Part shown: in pieces, positions 53,401-64,000 of the stretch
How the letters are laid out: each line of letters starts with the position of its first letter
How positions within the stretch are numbered: the stretch's first letter is position 1
Origin: Antedon mediterranea
Lineage: Eukaryota > Animalia > Echinodermata
NCBI RefSeq assembly: GCF_964355755.1
Contig: NC_092670.1
Location: 25,158,795 to 25,222,794 of the forward strand
Length of the DNA: 64,000 nt
Direction: 5' to 3'
The notes under the pieces: model-generated
What the model was told of the DNA's origin: nothing
Databases searched by the model: none
Seen by the model: the letters and a program-made list of their open reading frames with translations, nothing else
Translations under genes and position numbers: made by a program

Positions 53401-56400
53401 TAGGACATCTGCATATCAAGCAGGCGGTCCGAGTTCGAGTCTCGGTTTGGGCGTCTTTTTCTCATTCTCACAGATTTCCTCATCTTTATCGTTTCAAATT
53501 AATTAATTAAATTTCAGTATATCACCGGGCGGTTTAGAATTAATGACAAAATTCCTATTCACCATACTTACAATAGTAACATGTTTTGATTCAGGGTCAT
53601 TATATAGAAGTCTTACTGTCTGATTGTGCTATTTATCGCACCAAAATTCACTGTTACTGGACGGACCAATCTCGCATTGTCCAACCACCCGTGACCGGTG
53701 ACAATTATCATATATTTTATCAAATGTTAGCGGGACTGACAAATGAAGAAAAAGGTAAGTGTATAAAGATTAACAAAAACATTATTAATTATTTGCACTG
53801 CTATATGCTTTTTGCATAAACACTCTCCAGATCTACCAACCCTTCCCAGTTAGTTTACACCCCCAGTTGAAGCAATTCTATACCCCCAGTTCAAATAGTT
53901 GAAGCAATTTTACACCTACACTTTCTTTTTCATAATTAATGGTCAATATCAATCATGGTATCTGTGATAGACTTAAGTCTGCCCTTTTTCAAATGATTTT
54001 GACACTTTATTTAACTTGTTAAAACCATTTTAATCTTTTGATTTGTGTAAATCTTCATTTTGATGTGTTTTATTGTACAGTTTTTATGTTTCACCTAAGG
54101 GAGGTGAATAAATTTGAATTTGAATTCAATGGAATCGACCCCATTTCCATTACCTAAAATGGAACCGCATTGGGAATTTTTGTAAAAGAGATACCTCTCT
54201 TAAACATAAAAATGTTAATGTTGTTTGAATGTATTTCCAGCTGTAATACCATTCTTGTTAGGATATGGGTAATTTGTCATCACTCATCCATAATCCAGAT
54301 AATAAACAACCAACTATCTTGTTGTTTTTCTCATTCTCATGTGTAATCAATCAGCTATTCCTAGCTTGCATGTTTTGAAGTCTAAATTCCTGGCTTGGCC
54401 TAATTTGACATTAATAATAAATGTTCCATTAGTCCATGTAAACTAAATGTTAGATAAGGTTCATTTGTGTCTCATATGGTTTTCATCACCCATCTCATAC
54501 ATGCTCTTGTTGTCTTGAATATGCATATTCTAGATCTTTGACTTTTAAAGAATTAATTATAAATCACATAACAATGTTGTCTAATAAATGGAATCAATGC
54601 CTCATTGTACTATAAATGCAACACAGTCAAACCACAATGTATTTATTATCTTGATGATGTCATCGCTAAATTATGTCTACAAGTTGTTTATTTGTTTTTT
54701 TGAAAAAACTGAATACTATTTCAAGTTTATGAAGCAAATATAGTCACATTTTAATGATTTATCTTGATATTCAATAAATTAAAATACTGTATTGTCCCAA
54801 CTAACTCTTTCTCTGTGCAGGTGCTCTACTTGATAAAAAATAAAAGCATATTAACAACTTCTTCTTCTAGTGAAATTACACCTTCAAGGGTACTCAGCAC
54901 TTGATGTAAATTATCTTAATGATTTACCACGAGATGAAACTAGTGATGCTGAAAACTTTGCAAATTGGCGGGTAAGTAACGTTACTTTGAACCACACCCC
55001 TTTTTACTGTGATATCTGCCACCATTTTACATTACAGTCAACTGTCCCAATACTGGACACCTTTGGGCCGGCCTAATATGTCTGGTTTTCTCAGAAGTCT
55101 GGTATTCTGAATGTGTTTTTAATAACAACAATGGGACCTTTTGAACCTCAAGAAAATTCTGGTTTGGGGAGAGTTTCTGGTTGTTAGAGAGTCTGGTATT
55201 AGGAGAGTTGACTGCATTATGATTTGATAAAGTGGTTACATTTATTTCTTTGCGTTTTCAGACATCCTTGGCTGTTCTTGGAATCCCTTTCTTTGATGTC
55301 ATCAGAATCCTAACTACAATACTGTTGCTAGGCAACATAGAGTTTATTGATGATGGTGGTTTTGAGCTAGATATCAAAGGAAACACTGGTAGGTATCAAA
55401 AATGAACAAAGTTTGTGATTGTCGACTCAAAATTATTTTGCATGCCCATATTTTCGTTTTTTTTTATTACTGTGAAACATTTATTTAACAATAAATAATA
55501 TTTAATTTATTTTGACAGTGCTCTATCAACTAATTCTATCTTTTTATATTTTTATAATTTAGAAATCAAAGCGGTTGCTGCGTTGCTTGGGGTATCCGGT
55601 GTTGTTCTTTATCGTGGCTTTACAACAAGAACACACAATCTTAAAGGACAAGTGTTTAGATCCTTGTGTGATGCAGACACGGTATATATCATTTAACAAC
55701 AATATTAAATCAATATATAATAAACAAATTTGATATAGTATATTATAACAGAATAGTTAAATTCTGTTAAAATCTGGTGCATTTTAACATACTAGTTCAC
55801 AAACAACTTCGTGATACCGTTTCACAAACTAAATTGTCTTTTATACTATTTTACTCGTAGGCCAATGAAACCAGGAACAGACTGTCAAAAGCACTTTATT
55901 GCCGTACGGTATCAGCGATTGTTCGTCGCATTAACAGCGTGAGACGCCCTGCTTCTCAGTCAGGTGCATCTACTAGTAGCAGTGATGAAGTGCAGAGTAT
56001 GGGTATGCATTTATTAACATTTTAGGGTCAAATTAATTAAGTATATTTATTTAAAAATATTTGTTTCTTAATTACAATGGGTGATCTATTCAGTACAAGA
56101 CTGTTATCCTAGAGAACTCTACATGAAAGAAAAAAAAAATATTAGGCCAATTTCCAACTTTACATTCCATTCAAGGATGAGGCGCAAGCAACAAATGAAA
56201 TGTATCATGCCCACGAATACAATTATTCATTGTTATCTTTTAGACAAAAAGAATTTCTATTTGAATTTAATTTAATTTAATTATGATACAGTCACGCCTC
56301 AAACCCATGCCTCTCACATGGTAGTCTAATTTATGTAACAAATGTAATTTTGTTGTTGATTATTTGTAATTTCAGATTCAGTTTTCAAACCGTTAAGGCA

Positions 56401-59400
56401 GTCGTCTCCAGCAACTTCTAAAAGCTCTGTCAGTCACTCAAACAGTTCCCATGGATTCCCAGGGGAAGGCTTCATTGGCTTAGTAGACATGCCTTGCTTC
56501 CACAATCTCAAAGTAACTACTAATCATTGTTTTCCTCATCTAGAACACTTTCCCAATGTTTGTGGTGGCATCCTAAGAATATGTAACTTTTTTTTTTCAA
56601 CTCTAAATAGTCCACTAACAATTTAGGGTCTTTATAAACTTTAAAAAAAACCGACATGTTCTGTTATTAGATTTTAATATTAAATTTTTGCATTTTTCAA
56701 AGGATAGCATCAGAGTGTATACTCCAAGATGTCTACATCTCAAAATGGCAAAAGGAGCCTGGATTCTTTTTTCGTAGTTCCATCCCCTTTTCAATTCAAA
56801 TCTCTCCTGAAAACTCACCTATTTCAATAGCTATTCTTTTCTTGTGTGCTGTAAGACTCCGATAAAGAGCGCTTTATAAATGTTTGATATTATATTATTA
56901 ATAATAAAATAATTTCTTTTACAGTGTAACCAATTGGACCAATTATGCATGAACCTCTGTTCAGAAAGATTACAACAATTTTACATTCAGAATGTTTTTA
57001 CGGACAGTATAGAAGTGGCAAGGTATGAAATCATTTGATTCCTCAACTTTTAATTTTTCTAATTTTTAGATCTATATTCTGTGTTGAGTTGCTACAGTAT
57101 TTACCATTTATAACAGAAAGATAATAACAAAGAAAAGTATGAATTATGTTTAAAAATACATTATACAAATCAATGTGATTATCTTTTAGGGCTGAAGGAG
57201 TTGAGAATGTGTTAGAAATGGAATACATCGACAACAAACCATGTATAGATCTTTTAACTGCTCCAGTAAGTACTTTTGTCTTTTCATGATAAAAGAGGGT
57301 GCATCTCTAACCAACAACAAAAACAGCACAGTTGCTATTAGGAGAATATGGGGGAATACTTAAGCAGACCTGGTCCATAGCATAACAGAAATAAACTGGG
57401 CAAAAGTGTTATCTCTTTATAGCTATGTGTGTGTAATTAATTCCATTTTTAACTCGCCGCTATATTAATTAATAATTGCATTTTTTTTTATAGAAAAATG
57501 GAATTTTGGCAATTCTTGACAAAGAGACATTTTACCCAAAATGCAGCTGTGAAAATTTCCTTGAATCTCTGCAAGATTGTCACAATAATAACAACAGGTC
57601 AGTATGATATTTTCATGAATTGAGAAGTTCTCAGCCAGGCCTACCATGTGAATATTTTTATGATACAATAGGGAGCTTTCAATTTGTGATGACCCAAAAC
57701 ATCTATAACTAGTTATGTCATTTTAAATCATGCATGTGCATGTGGGGACACTGAAACGTGCTTCCTTACTTGGTTTCTCAGATCAGTTGTTGATCCAGAA
57801 AACTAATGACACAATACGCTTAGCTCCTATAGGTCTTGGCAAATTGTAAGCTTGTGAAAAATGGTCACTTTATTTTAAATTCCTTCAATTTCTGTCTAAA
57901 CTGTTATTTCAGGTACTTCACTCCAGCCGTGGACTGTGAAAATTCATTTGGTGTGAAGCATTTCGCTGGTAATGTAGTCTACGATGCTAACGCCCTTCTA
58001 GAAGGCAATCGAGATGTTCTCAGTGATGATATTGTCAGCGTGTTCCATAAAAAATCTTGTAACTTTGGTTTTGCAACGCATCTTTTTTCTCATGAGTTAA
58101 AAGCACTTGAAGGTATGTGAGATGAATAAGCCAACCATTAGGTTGTAATTATTATGATTATATGTATGCGCTGCTAAAAGGTCTAAGAAATAAAAACTTT
58201 GACATCATAAGATGAAGACATTTTACTATTAGCCTGTTCCACCTTGTCAGAAGAGGTTGTGTGTCCTAAATTCTGGTGGTTTATTTTCATATAATTTTCA
58301 TTTATTTTCAAAATAAAATTAAAATTTGTTCTAATATTGTTAATTTATGATGTATAGTTGATTTTATTAGGAAAACATTTTAATATTTGATTTATTTTGT
58401 TGAAGGTATAGTAAAGTAAAAACTAATTTTTATGTGTTGTTTATTTCATAGGTGGCAGTCCAACTGGAACTATATTTAAAGTTTTCTCCAGTTTTCATCC
58501 AGAAAACCACTCTAGGTAAATCACATGAACATTTAAAATAAATACTTCACAACCTTATACTTCATCGGTTTTGTTTGTGAATCTACCTCTTTTATGTAAA
58601 CATCACAATTTGATACTTATTTATTTTCTAAATTGTAGTAAAAGTTATGAGGGTGTGAAAAGTACTCATATGCAAGATTTTCAAATGCGGCTGGACAGTT
58701 TAATGAAGACTCTACGCCAGTCAAGTCCACACTTTATACGATGTGTTAGGGTGAGTACGAGTTCTAAGCCTACTACATATTCTGAATACTTAAATGAACA
58801 AATTTAAGTCTTTTTGTTTTGTTTTTTTTAATTCAACCTTTTTACACAGAGGCTAAACAAGGTGAAATCATCTTCAAGGCTCCTCAAATTAACAAGAAAC
58901 CGTTTTACATAATAAAACAATAAAGCATTTTCACGAGTCCAAAAAATTCACTTAAAAATTCAAAATTATACGTTAGGAAAAATCCTTGGCTAAGATATCC
59001 TCAATAATTGAGTTAGCATTTACATTTGTTTGTGTGTACTAGGTGTAATATGCCTATTCTTGTTTATATTGTATTACCATCATCCTAAATAATTGTCTCA
59101 TCGTTATAGTAACCATATTTTTTAACAAACATTATATTTGTGTTATTCTACCATAGCCAAACAACTCCGAGGATTGCAATACCTTTGAACCTGATATCAT
59201 CAAAGAGCAACTAAGATCACTACAAGTACTTGAAACCACACATCTATTTGCTGGAGGTAACAAGCATTGCAAACAGATTCTAATACAGTCAACTCTCCCA
59301 ATACCGGACACCCTTGGGCGGGCATATATTTTCCGGTTTTTCGAAAGTCCGGTTTCCTGAAAACATATTTTTAAAGTCATCACGTTGTCACCGAATGCTG

Positions 59401-62400
59401 CCCGGTACGGTCTCCTAGCGTAGGGAAGGCCTAGGCTAGGCTATGATTGTGTCAATCTAGTTTTAATTAAATAAATACTGATAGGCCTAGGCCTACTTTA
59501 TTAATATTAAGCTACAGTAATTCAATTTACCTTTTTTAAAAGTTACATTATTTACTGTACCAATAAAACATGTTACAATAGTAAATTATTGTTTCTCAAT
59601 GTGTTTTTAACGGCAAAAAGGCCTACGTACGTACGTACGGTGAACATAATTTCGGTCTGTTTATTGTTTTTCGTGAGCTAGCTAGCAGCAGCAGCATGGG
59701 TGAAGGGCTTTGATTGATGCGCATGTGCAGAGGTGTCATAATAAAATAAAAACGCCCACACCTAGACCACATGTTTTTTAAGCTCCTTTATTTTGACGTA
59801 ATTTGATAGCAATGATGAAAATTGATTAGGTAAACGAGCCAAGCAATAATGACACAATAATTAATTGGTAACATTTCAAAGTTTATTAACACTAGTTAAG
59901 TCAAGTTCATTCCGTTTACGTTTTGCCATAATGATTTCCAAATTTATAATGATGCACATTTTTAGTCCCGTTTTTAGTGAAACATTTAAAGTCCTATTGC
60001 AATTGTGAATTTAACAATAATTTAAACAAAACAAAGACACAGGAATGTAAATTTAACTTTATTAAAAAACAATTCATATGCTAAAAAACAGGGAGTTGTT
60101 AACAACTCCCTGCTAAATACAATAGAGACATAGCGCTTCGATGTGAAAAAGCCCACCGCAGTTCGATACGCAACAAAGCAATTGCCGCCTCGTGGTGGGT
60201 TAACAATGAACTGACCTGTCAATCACAGTGTAGTGCTCCATGGCAACATTATTTGATCGTACCGCGAAACGTCGCGCACTTCATGCATGGTGAGGGTATG
60301 GTTAAAAAGCTTTTGTACATTGTGAATGTAGTGAATCCGAGTCAGCGACGACGATGTTGCGTTGTTTTCGTAAATATTTGGAGTTTTTTAACCGTCAGTC
60401 CGGTTTTCAGACGCTAATTTTCGTGTTTTGTACTTCATAATTTGTCCGGATTCCGGAATTGGGTATTCCGGTGTTCATAATAAATTACAGTACATTCAGA
60501 ATAGGGACAAATTGGGCCCTCCAAAAAAGTCCGGTTTTTCGTGAATTCCGGTTTTGGGAGAGTTGACTGTATATGTATAAACCCATTTACTAAAATTGTC
60601 AAACTTCATAGCCTTTTGTACACAATACCCAATACGGTATATCATTTTGTTTTCATTATACTTCAATATTCATTTCTTTAGGCTATCCCAATAGACAGAC
60701 ATTTGCAGATTTTAACAAGAAATATGGCTTCTTTGCACCAAGACGAATTCTCAACAAAACCAAAGATAAAGCTTTACAGAATTGCAAGGTAAGATATGTG
60801 TTAAAAAGGAAAGAAAATGTATAAAAAATAACCAACCTGGGGCGGATCCAGAGGGGGGGTCTACGGTGTCCGGACCCCCCCTAAATTTTAAGGGTGCCCT
60901 TTTTTTAGAGGTTCAATATTTTATTCGTGTGACATATTTGTGTGTATATTAGTATGCACAGAGTAAGCTACACTAACCCCAAAAATAAAAACAGAAATTT
61001 ATCACAATGAGCGCGATGTTAAGTTACGGCGGCCGATCAAAGAGCATTGTGAGAGGTGGTGATGCGTGATGATCTCTACTTAAACTTCTAAAAATAGATC
61101 GTTTCGCATACTACAGAGGGCGCATGTAAACTTTTTACGATTCAACTCCGCGTACGTTACCATGCGCGTTCTGTCATTGACGCGATTATTTGTCCATTGG
61201 TAAACACATTTTTATGTATTATTATTCTGAAAATAATTGAACTGTAAACATAATTCTTTTGAGTATTTGTTTATTTACATATCATTCCATCAGATCAACT
61301 ATTTTTTATTTACATTACATCCAACCAAACATGTAAAAAATGTAGTTAAAATATCGTACTATCTACCGCGTACGACCATACGCGGTAGATTGTTTACTCA
61401 AAAATCATCGAACGGTCCTTACACTATACTATTCAACCTTGTTTTTATAGTTGAGCCTCTCATGACCTGGGATTTGTTTGTCTTCCTACGCCAAGATAAT
61501 ATAGTTCTACAAGCCATGTGCTTTTTTCTCTGAGAAATATTTATTATAAGTGCCAAAAAAATGTTTTTTTCTCGATATAAAGCCTTTATTATTCAAATCT
61601 TTTAAAGAAAAATCACACATACCATAATCATAAAGAAGGTTCATTTTTTTCATTTTTGAAACAATATTTGTGAAAATTACGTGAGGCTCAACTACAAAAC
61701 CACCATTTTGTGATATGATGTCATCGTAAGCCAATCATAGCTGAGCTTTCCCGCGATCGGCAGAGCTCACGGTTGAATGATTTTGGATTCTGGCTATTTG
61801 ATTGGTGGACGCGAATCACCCACAGCGGAATGTTTTCTCTCGCGCGCGTGTACCAAGAAGTCACGTGATCTCTCTGTACTGAACGGTACTCTACACAAAT
61901 TTAGAGCAATGAATTTGTACGAATTCCGTTAAATAAACAACTCTATATATTTTATAAACATTTAATAATATTTTATTGATATTTCCAATGTTGATAAATA
62001 AAAGAAATTACTATAAAACGTAATTATATGTAATTATTTTAGCGAAAAATGGCGCAATTTGTTTACAACGTTCGTGGCTGCTAAAAACGATCATTTTCGG
62101 CAATGTTTTAGACCCTATATTTCGAAAACTACAAGTCAGATTTTCGTAATTCTTTCTTTATTGGAATATTGAAACAAAATACCAACAGATAATGTTTAAA
62201 TTGGTTGAAAAATAACAACTTTTAATTTTGCATCGTTATCCCTGCTAATAAAGTGTCATTTCCGGCGAACTAGAAAGGTGCCATTTATCATGGATTTTGC
62301 GTGCGAGAGTGCCATTTCCGGCCATCTAAGTGTGTCCTGTAACAAAATTCGCTTCGCCACAACCCCCACCATGGGGGGGGGGGGGGGGGCTGTGGCTCAA

Positions 62401-63670
62401 ATACTCAATATCTGATGTGCCCTTTTTATCGGCGGACCCCCCCTCTCAAAAATGTCTGGATCCGCCCCAGCCAACATATTTAAAAGGTAGTTATTTTTTA
62501 TGTTGGTAATTGTTATTATGGTAGCCCAGAGGTGCCTTGCTAACTAAATGATATTTCCAATTCTGTGTGATCATAATTCCTATGATTTGGAGGAATTTCC
62601 GGGTAGTAAATCAAATTTTGTTAATCAACTGTTTTTGTTTTTTTAAAGACTATTTTAGATTGTTTCTTACAAACAATGGAAATGAGTTCACTTCCTTACA
62701 GCAGTACAACATGGGCTATTGGAACAAAGCATGTCTTTCTAAGGTAAGATGAGGTTTATATATAATACAAATATTGCCTGCGTAGAGGGGAAATATAGCA
62801 TAGGCTATGTATTTTAGTATTATTATGTAGTAAATTATTATTTTATAACAATATGGCTACACTCAACAAGTTAAGGAAACATTTAAAACATTTTTGAGTT
62901 TTTGATATGTGTTGGTATAAGAAACAATGCAGCCTGAAATAAAACAATAGCCCATGGTTATAAATAAATTACATTTATTTATAATAAATAAATCAAATTT
63001 GCAATTCAATCATTTTCCAAACCTATAGTGAAGAAGCTGTGCAGTATCTGGAGCTATGTCAGATTGAAAGGCGCCACCAAGCCGCAATCACCATCCAGTC
63101 ACGTGTCAGAGGTTGGCATTGTCGGAGAAGATGGCCACTGTTGAAACGGCAACTAAAACTGCATCAAATCATGGTGAAGATAAAACGTGATGCACCTCCA
63201 TGCCGACCAAAGCTGTTTGATGTGTAAGTTGAATTACTTGCAATATATTTGTAACTTCTTTTCATTTTATTTTACCAGTTTTATATGTTTTTAAATGTAT
63301 ATTGTATATTGATAAATAATTCTATGTAGTTAAGTTCTTCCCCAGAGAGGCCCCAGACATATCATGTTATGGTGACTCTGTTGCCTTTGGGGTCCCAGCA
63401 CTTTTTTTATGTCGAATGAATAAATGGGAAAAGAATGAAACGAAATGTAATGCAACACATGGCGTACAAAAACTTTTGCAATATAAGAAGCAAATGAATT
63501 TGTAACATTTGGTACACCCATGTTTCTTGATATGGCTATTCGTGATATATAATGTTTATTTTTCAATTTAGCATGGAACCTCCTCCACCACCCCCTGGTA
63601 GACCCCCTCCTGACCCAGATGACCAACAGCACATTATGCAACAAACTAGGCAGATATATGGTGCAAGATG
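32458..63670 (+). CDS. dachs: Dachs-like unconventional myosin (class XX), 3' end beyond the window; exons 32458-32533, 40368-40502, 51736-51992, 52268-52440, 52743-52839, 53087-53164, 53595-53754, 54871-54971, 55262-55388, 55563-55681, 55861-56002, 56376-56512, 56925-57022, 57190-57265, 57494-57597, 57913-58112, 58452-58515, 58639-58750, 59157-59256, 60682-60788, 62649-62743, 63029-63223, 63572-63670
   Basis: P-loop GDSGSGKT; switch I NSNSSRMG; PHFIRCVR; IQ motif IQSRVRGWHCRR. Blocks matching my recollection of Drosophila Dachs: AGGGTETDSFKHL, YRTKIHCY, RGFTTRTHN, KALYCRTV..IVRR.NS, CNFGFATHLF, N-terminal FMLDKYF and LSTELL. Confidence 0.9.
34135..34340 (-). mobile_element. tRNA-derived SINE
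   Basis: Minus strand: A box TAGCTGAGTGG, B box GGTTCAATTCC, then CTCAGCTGTAAATGAGTACCTGG, resembling Nin/Deu-type SINE central domains. Confidence 0.65.
37195..37349 (-). mobile_element. tRNA-derived SINE with CORE-like and V-like blocks
   Basis: Minus strand: TGGTGTAATGG, GGTTCGAAG, TCCTTAGGCAAG, GTCCTTCGGATGGGATGTAAA..GGTCCC. Confidence 0.65.
37356..37480 (-). pseudogene. Diverged 5S rRNA copy (pseudogene or SINE head)
   Basis: Minus strand TACGGCCATAC..GATC..CGAAGTTAAGC..GGGCCCG..TGGATGGGAGACCG.CTGG.AATA..CGGGTGC..TAGGCT matches the 5S consensus with substitutions and indels. Confidence 0.85.
37663..37818 (+). repeat. Dispersed repeat of about 150 bp (second copy at about 50455-50596)
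   Basis: Shared blocks ATATTTTGGCACAT..GGTGTTT, ACAAAAATT.AAAT and ATAAAAAAGACA.TAA.TACAGACT. Confidence 0.55.
38935..39095. mobile_element. Palindromic MITE-like element
   Basis: ACAAATAATGAATGTTT / AAACATTCATTATTTGT, with inner arms AATTGACTGCTCTATTTT / AAAATAGAGTAGTCAATT. Confidence 0.6.
39185..39490. mobile_element. Long-TIR MITE with TATGG..CCATA termini and 6-bp TSD
   Basis: Near-perfect inverted arms over 100 bp; GAATAC on both flanks. Confidence 0.85.
40542..42057. mobile_element. Foldback-type element with TGTTGAACCC termini and tandem subterminal arrays
   Basis: Left arm CCACAAATGTGAAAA array (40542-40870) is the reverse complement of the right arm (41765-42057); inner inverted repeat at about 41050-41330. 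Confidence 0.85.
42125..45400 (-). pseudogene. Intronless TRIM-NHL (B-box, coiled coil, NHL propeller) pseudogene interrupted by a hAT element
   Basis: B-box YCTKCKVPICMQCAILDH..H; coiled coil in ORF 45313-44759; NHL repeats GPQGVVVDEDDNIIVS..LQLFGSDGHFIKRI; frameshifts and stops; insertion at 42505-44114. Confidence 0.82.
42505..44114. mobile_element. Non-autonomous hAT transposon, same family as 20266-22112
   Basis: TIR CAGTGGTGGCGCCAG; 8-bp TSD TTCTTGTG; CCCCGACGGGGGG subterminal motifs. Confidence 0.92.
53382..53453 (+). pseudogene. tRNA-Asp(ATC)-like sequence, probably a SINE head or tRNA pseudogene
   Basis: D, anticodon (TCTGC-ATATCAA-GCAGG) and T (CCGAG-TTCGAGT-CTCGG) arms fold; acceptor stem mismatched; downstream 53460-53543 recurs inverted at about 23553-23632. 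Confidence 0.65.
55035..55214. mobile_element. Tc1/pogo-type MITE, short derivative of 59286-60569
   Basis: CAGTCAACT termini and the same first 60 bp or so. Confidence 0.75.
59286..60569. mobile_element. Non-autonomous Tc1/mariner (pogo/Tigger-like) element
   Basis: TIR CAGTCAACTCTCCCAA.ACCGGA; TA on both sides. Confidence 0.85.
60837..62470. mobile_element. Non-autonomous DNA transposon with 5-bp TSD
   Basis: TIR CTGGGGCGGATCCAGA; CCAAC on both flanks. Confidence 0.85.
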
Positions 63671-64000
63671 GTAAGTATTATTAGATTCAACGTATTAGAT
63701 ATTGATAAAAAAAAATTATATTGATAATAGTATTTAATTTTTTCAAATTTTAAACCTCAACATTTATATTATAACTGCACAAAAAGTGATGGTTAAAAAG
63801 CAGTGAGGTAAAATTTATAGGGTGTCCAGAAGACTAAGATATCTTTTATGTCTTCTTCTAGATGTTTTTTGTTAGACACCCATCGGGTTTAAAAAAAATA
63901 AGACTTAAGAGTGCTTGTCACCAAAAATCAGACATATTCGTAATTTAGTGGCAAGGGTCAAAATTTCGAATTGGCTCATATTTTGCACATTGGTAGACCT

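Overview
AT-rich, intron-containing animal genomic DNA. The gene content and repeat style suggest an invertebrate, possibly an echinoderm; the taxon is inferred, not shown. I built five spliced gene models by hand from GT-AG sites and checked reading phase: (1) a galactose-3-O-sulfotransferase (+, 1019-3120), apparently nested antisense in an intron of gene 2; (2) an SCPEP1/RISC-like serine carboxypeptidase (-, 11208 to at least 3561) with a tandemly duplicated 156-nt exon; (3) a TNF-receptor-family death receptor (+, 13919-19220); (4) a C-type-lectin adhesion GPCR (+, 24808-31325) with a duplicated first exon at 20165; (5) a Dachs-like class XX myosin (+, 32458 to beyond 63670) with a degenerate switch II, whose large second intron holds a decayed TRIM-NHL gene. 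Introns and spacers are dense with non-autonomous elements (hAT, PIF/Harbinger, Tc1/pogo, TTAA-type, Helitron/Helentron-like, a foldback element, SINEs, LINE fragments). No CRISPR or prokaryotic system is present. Family assignments come from recalled motifs, not database searches.
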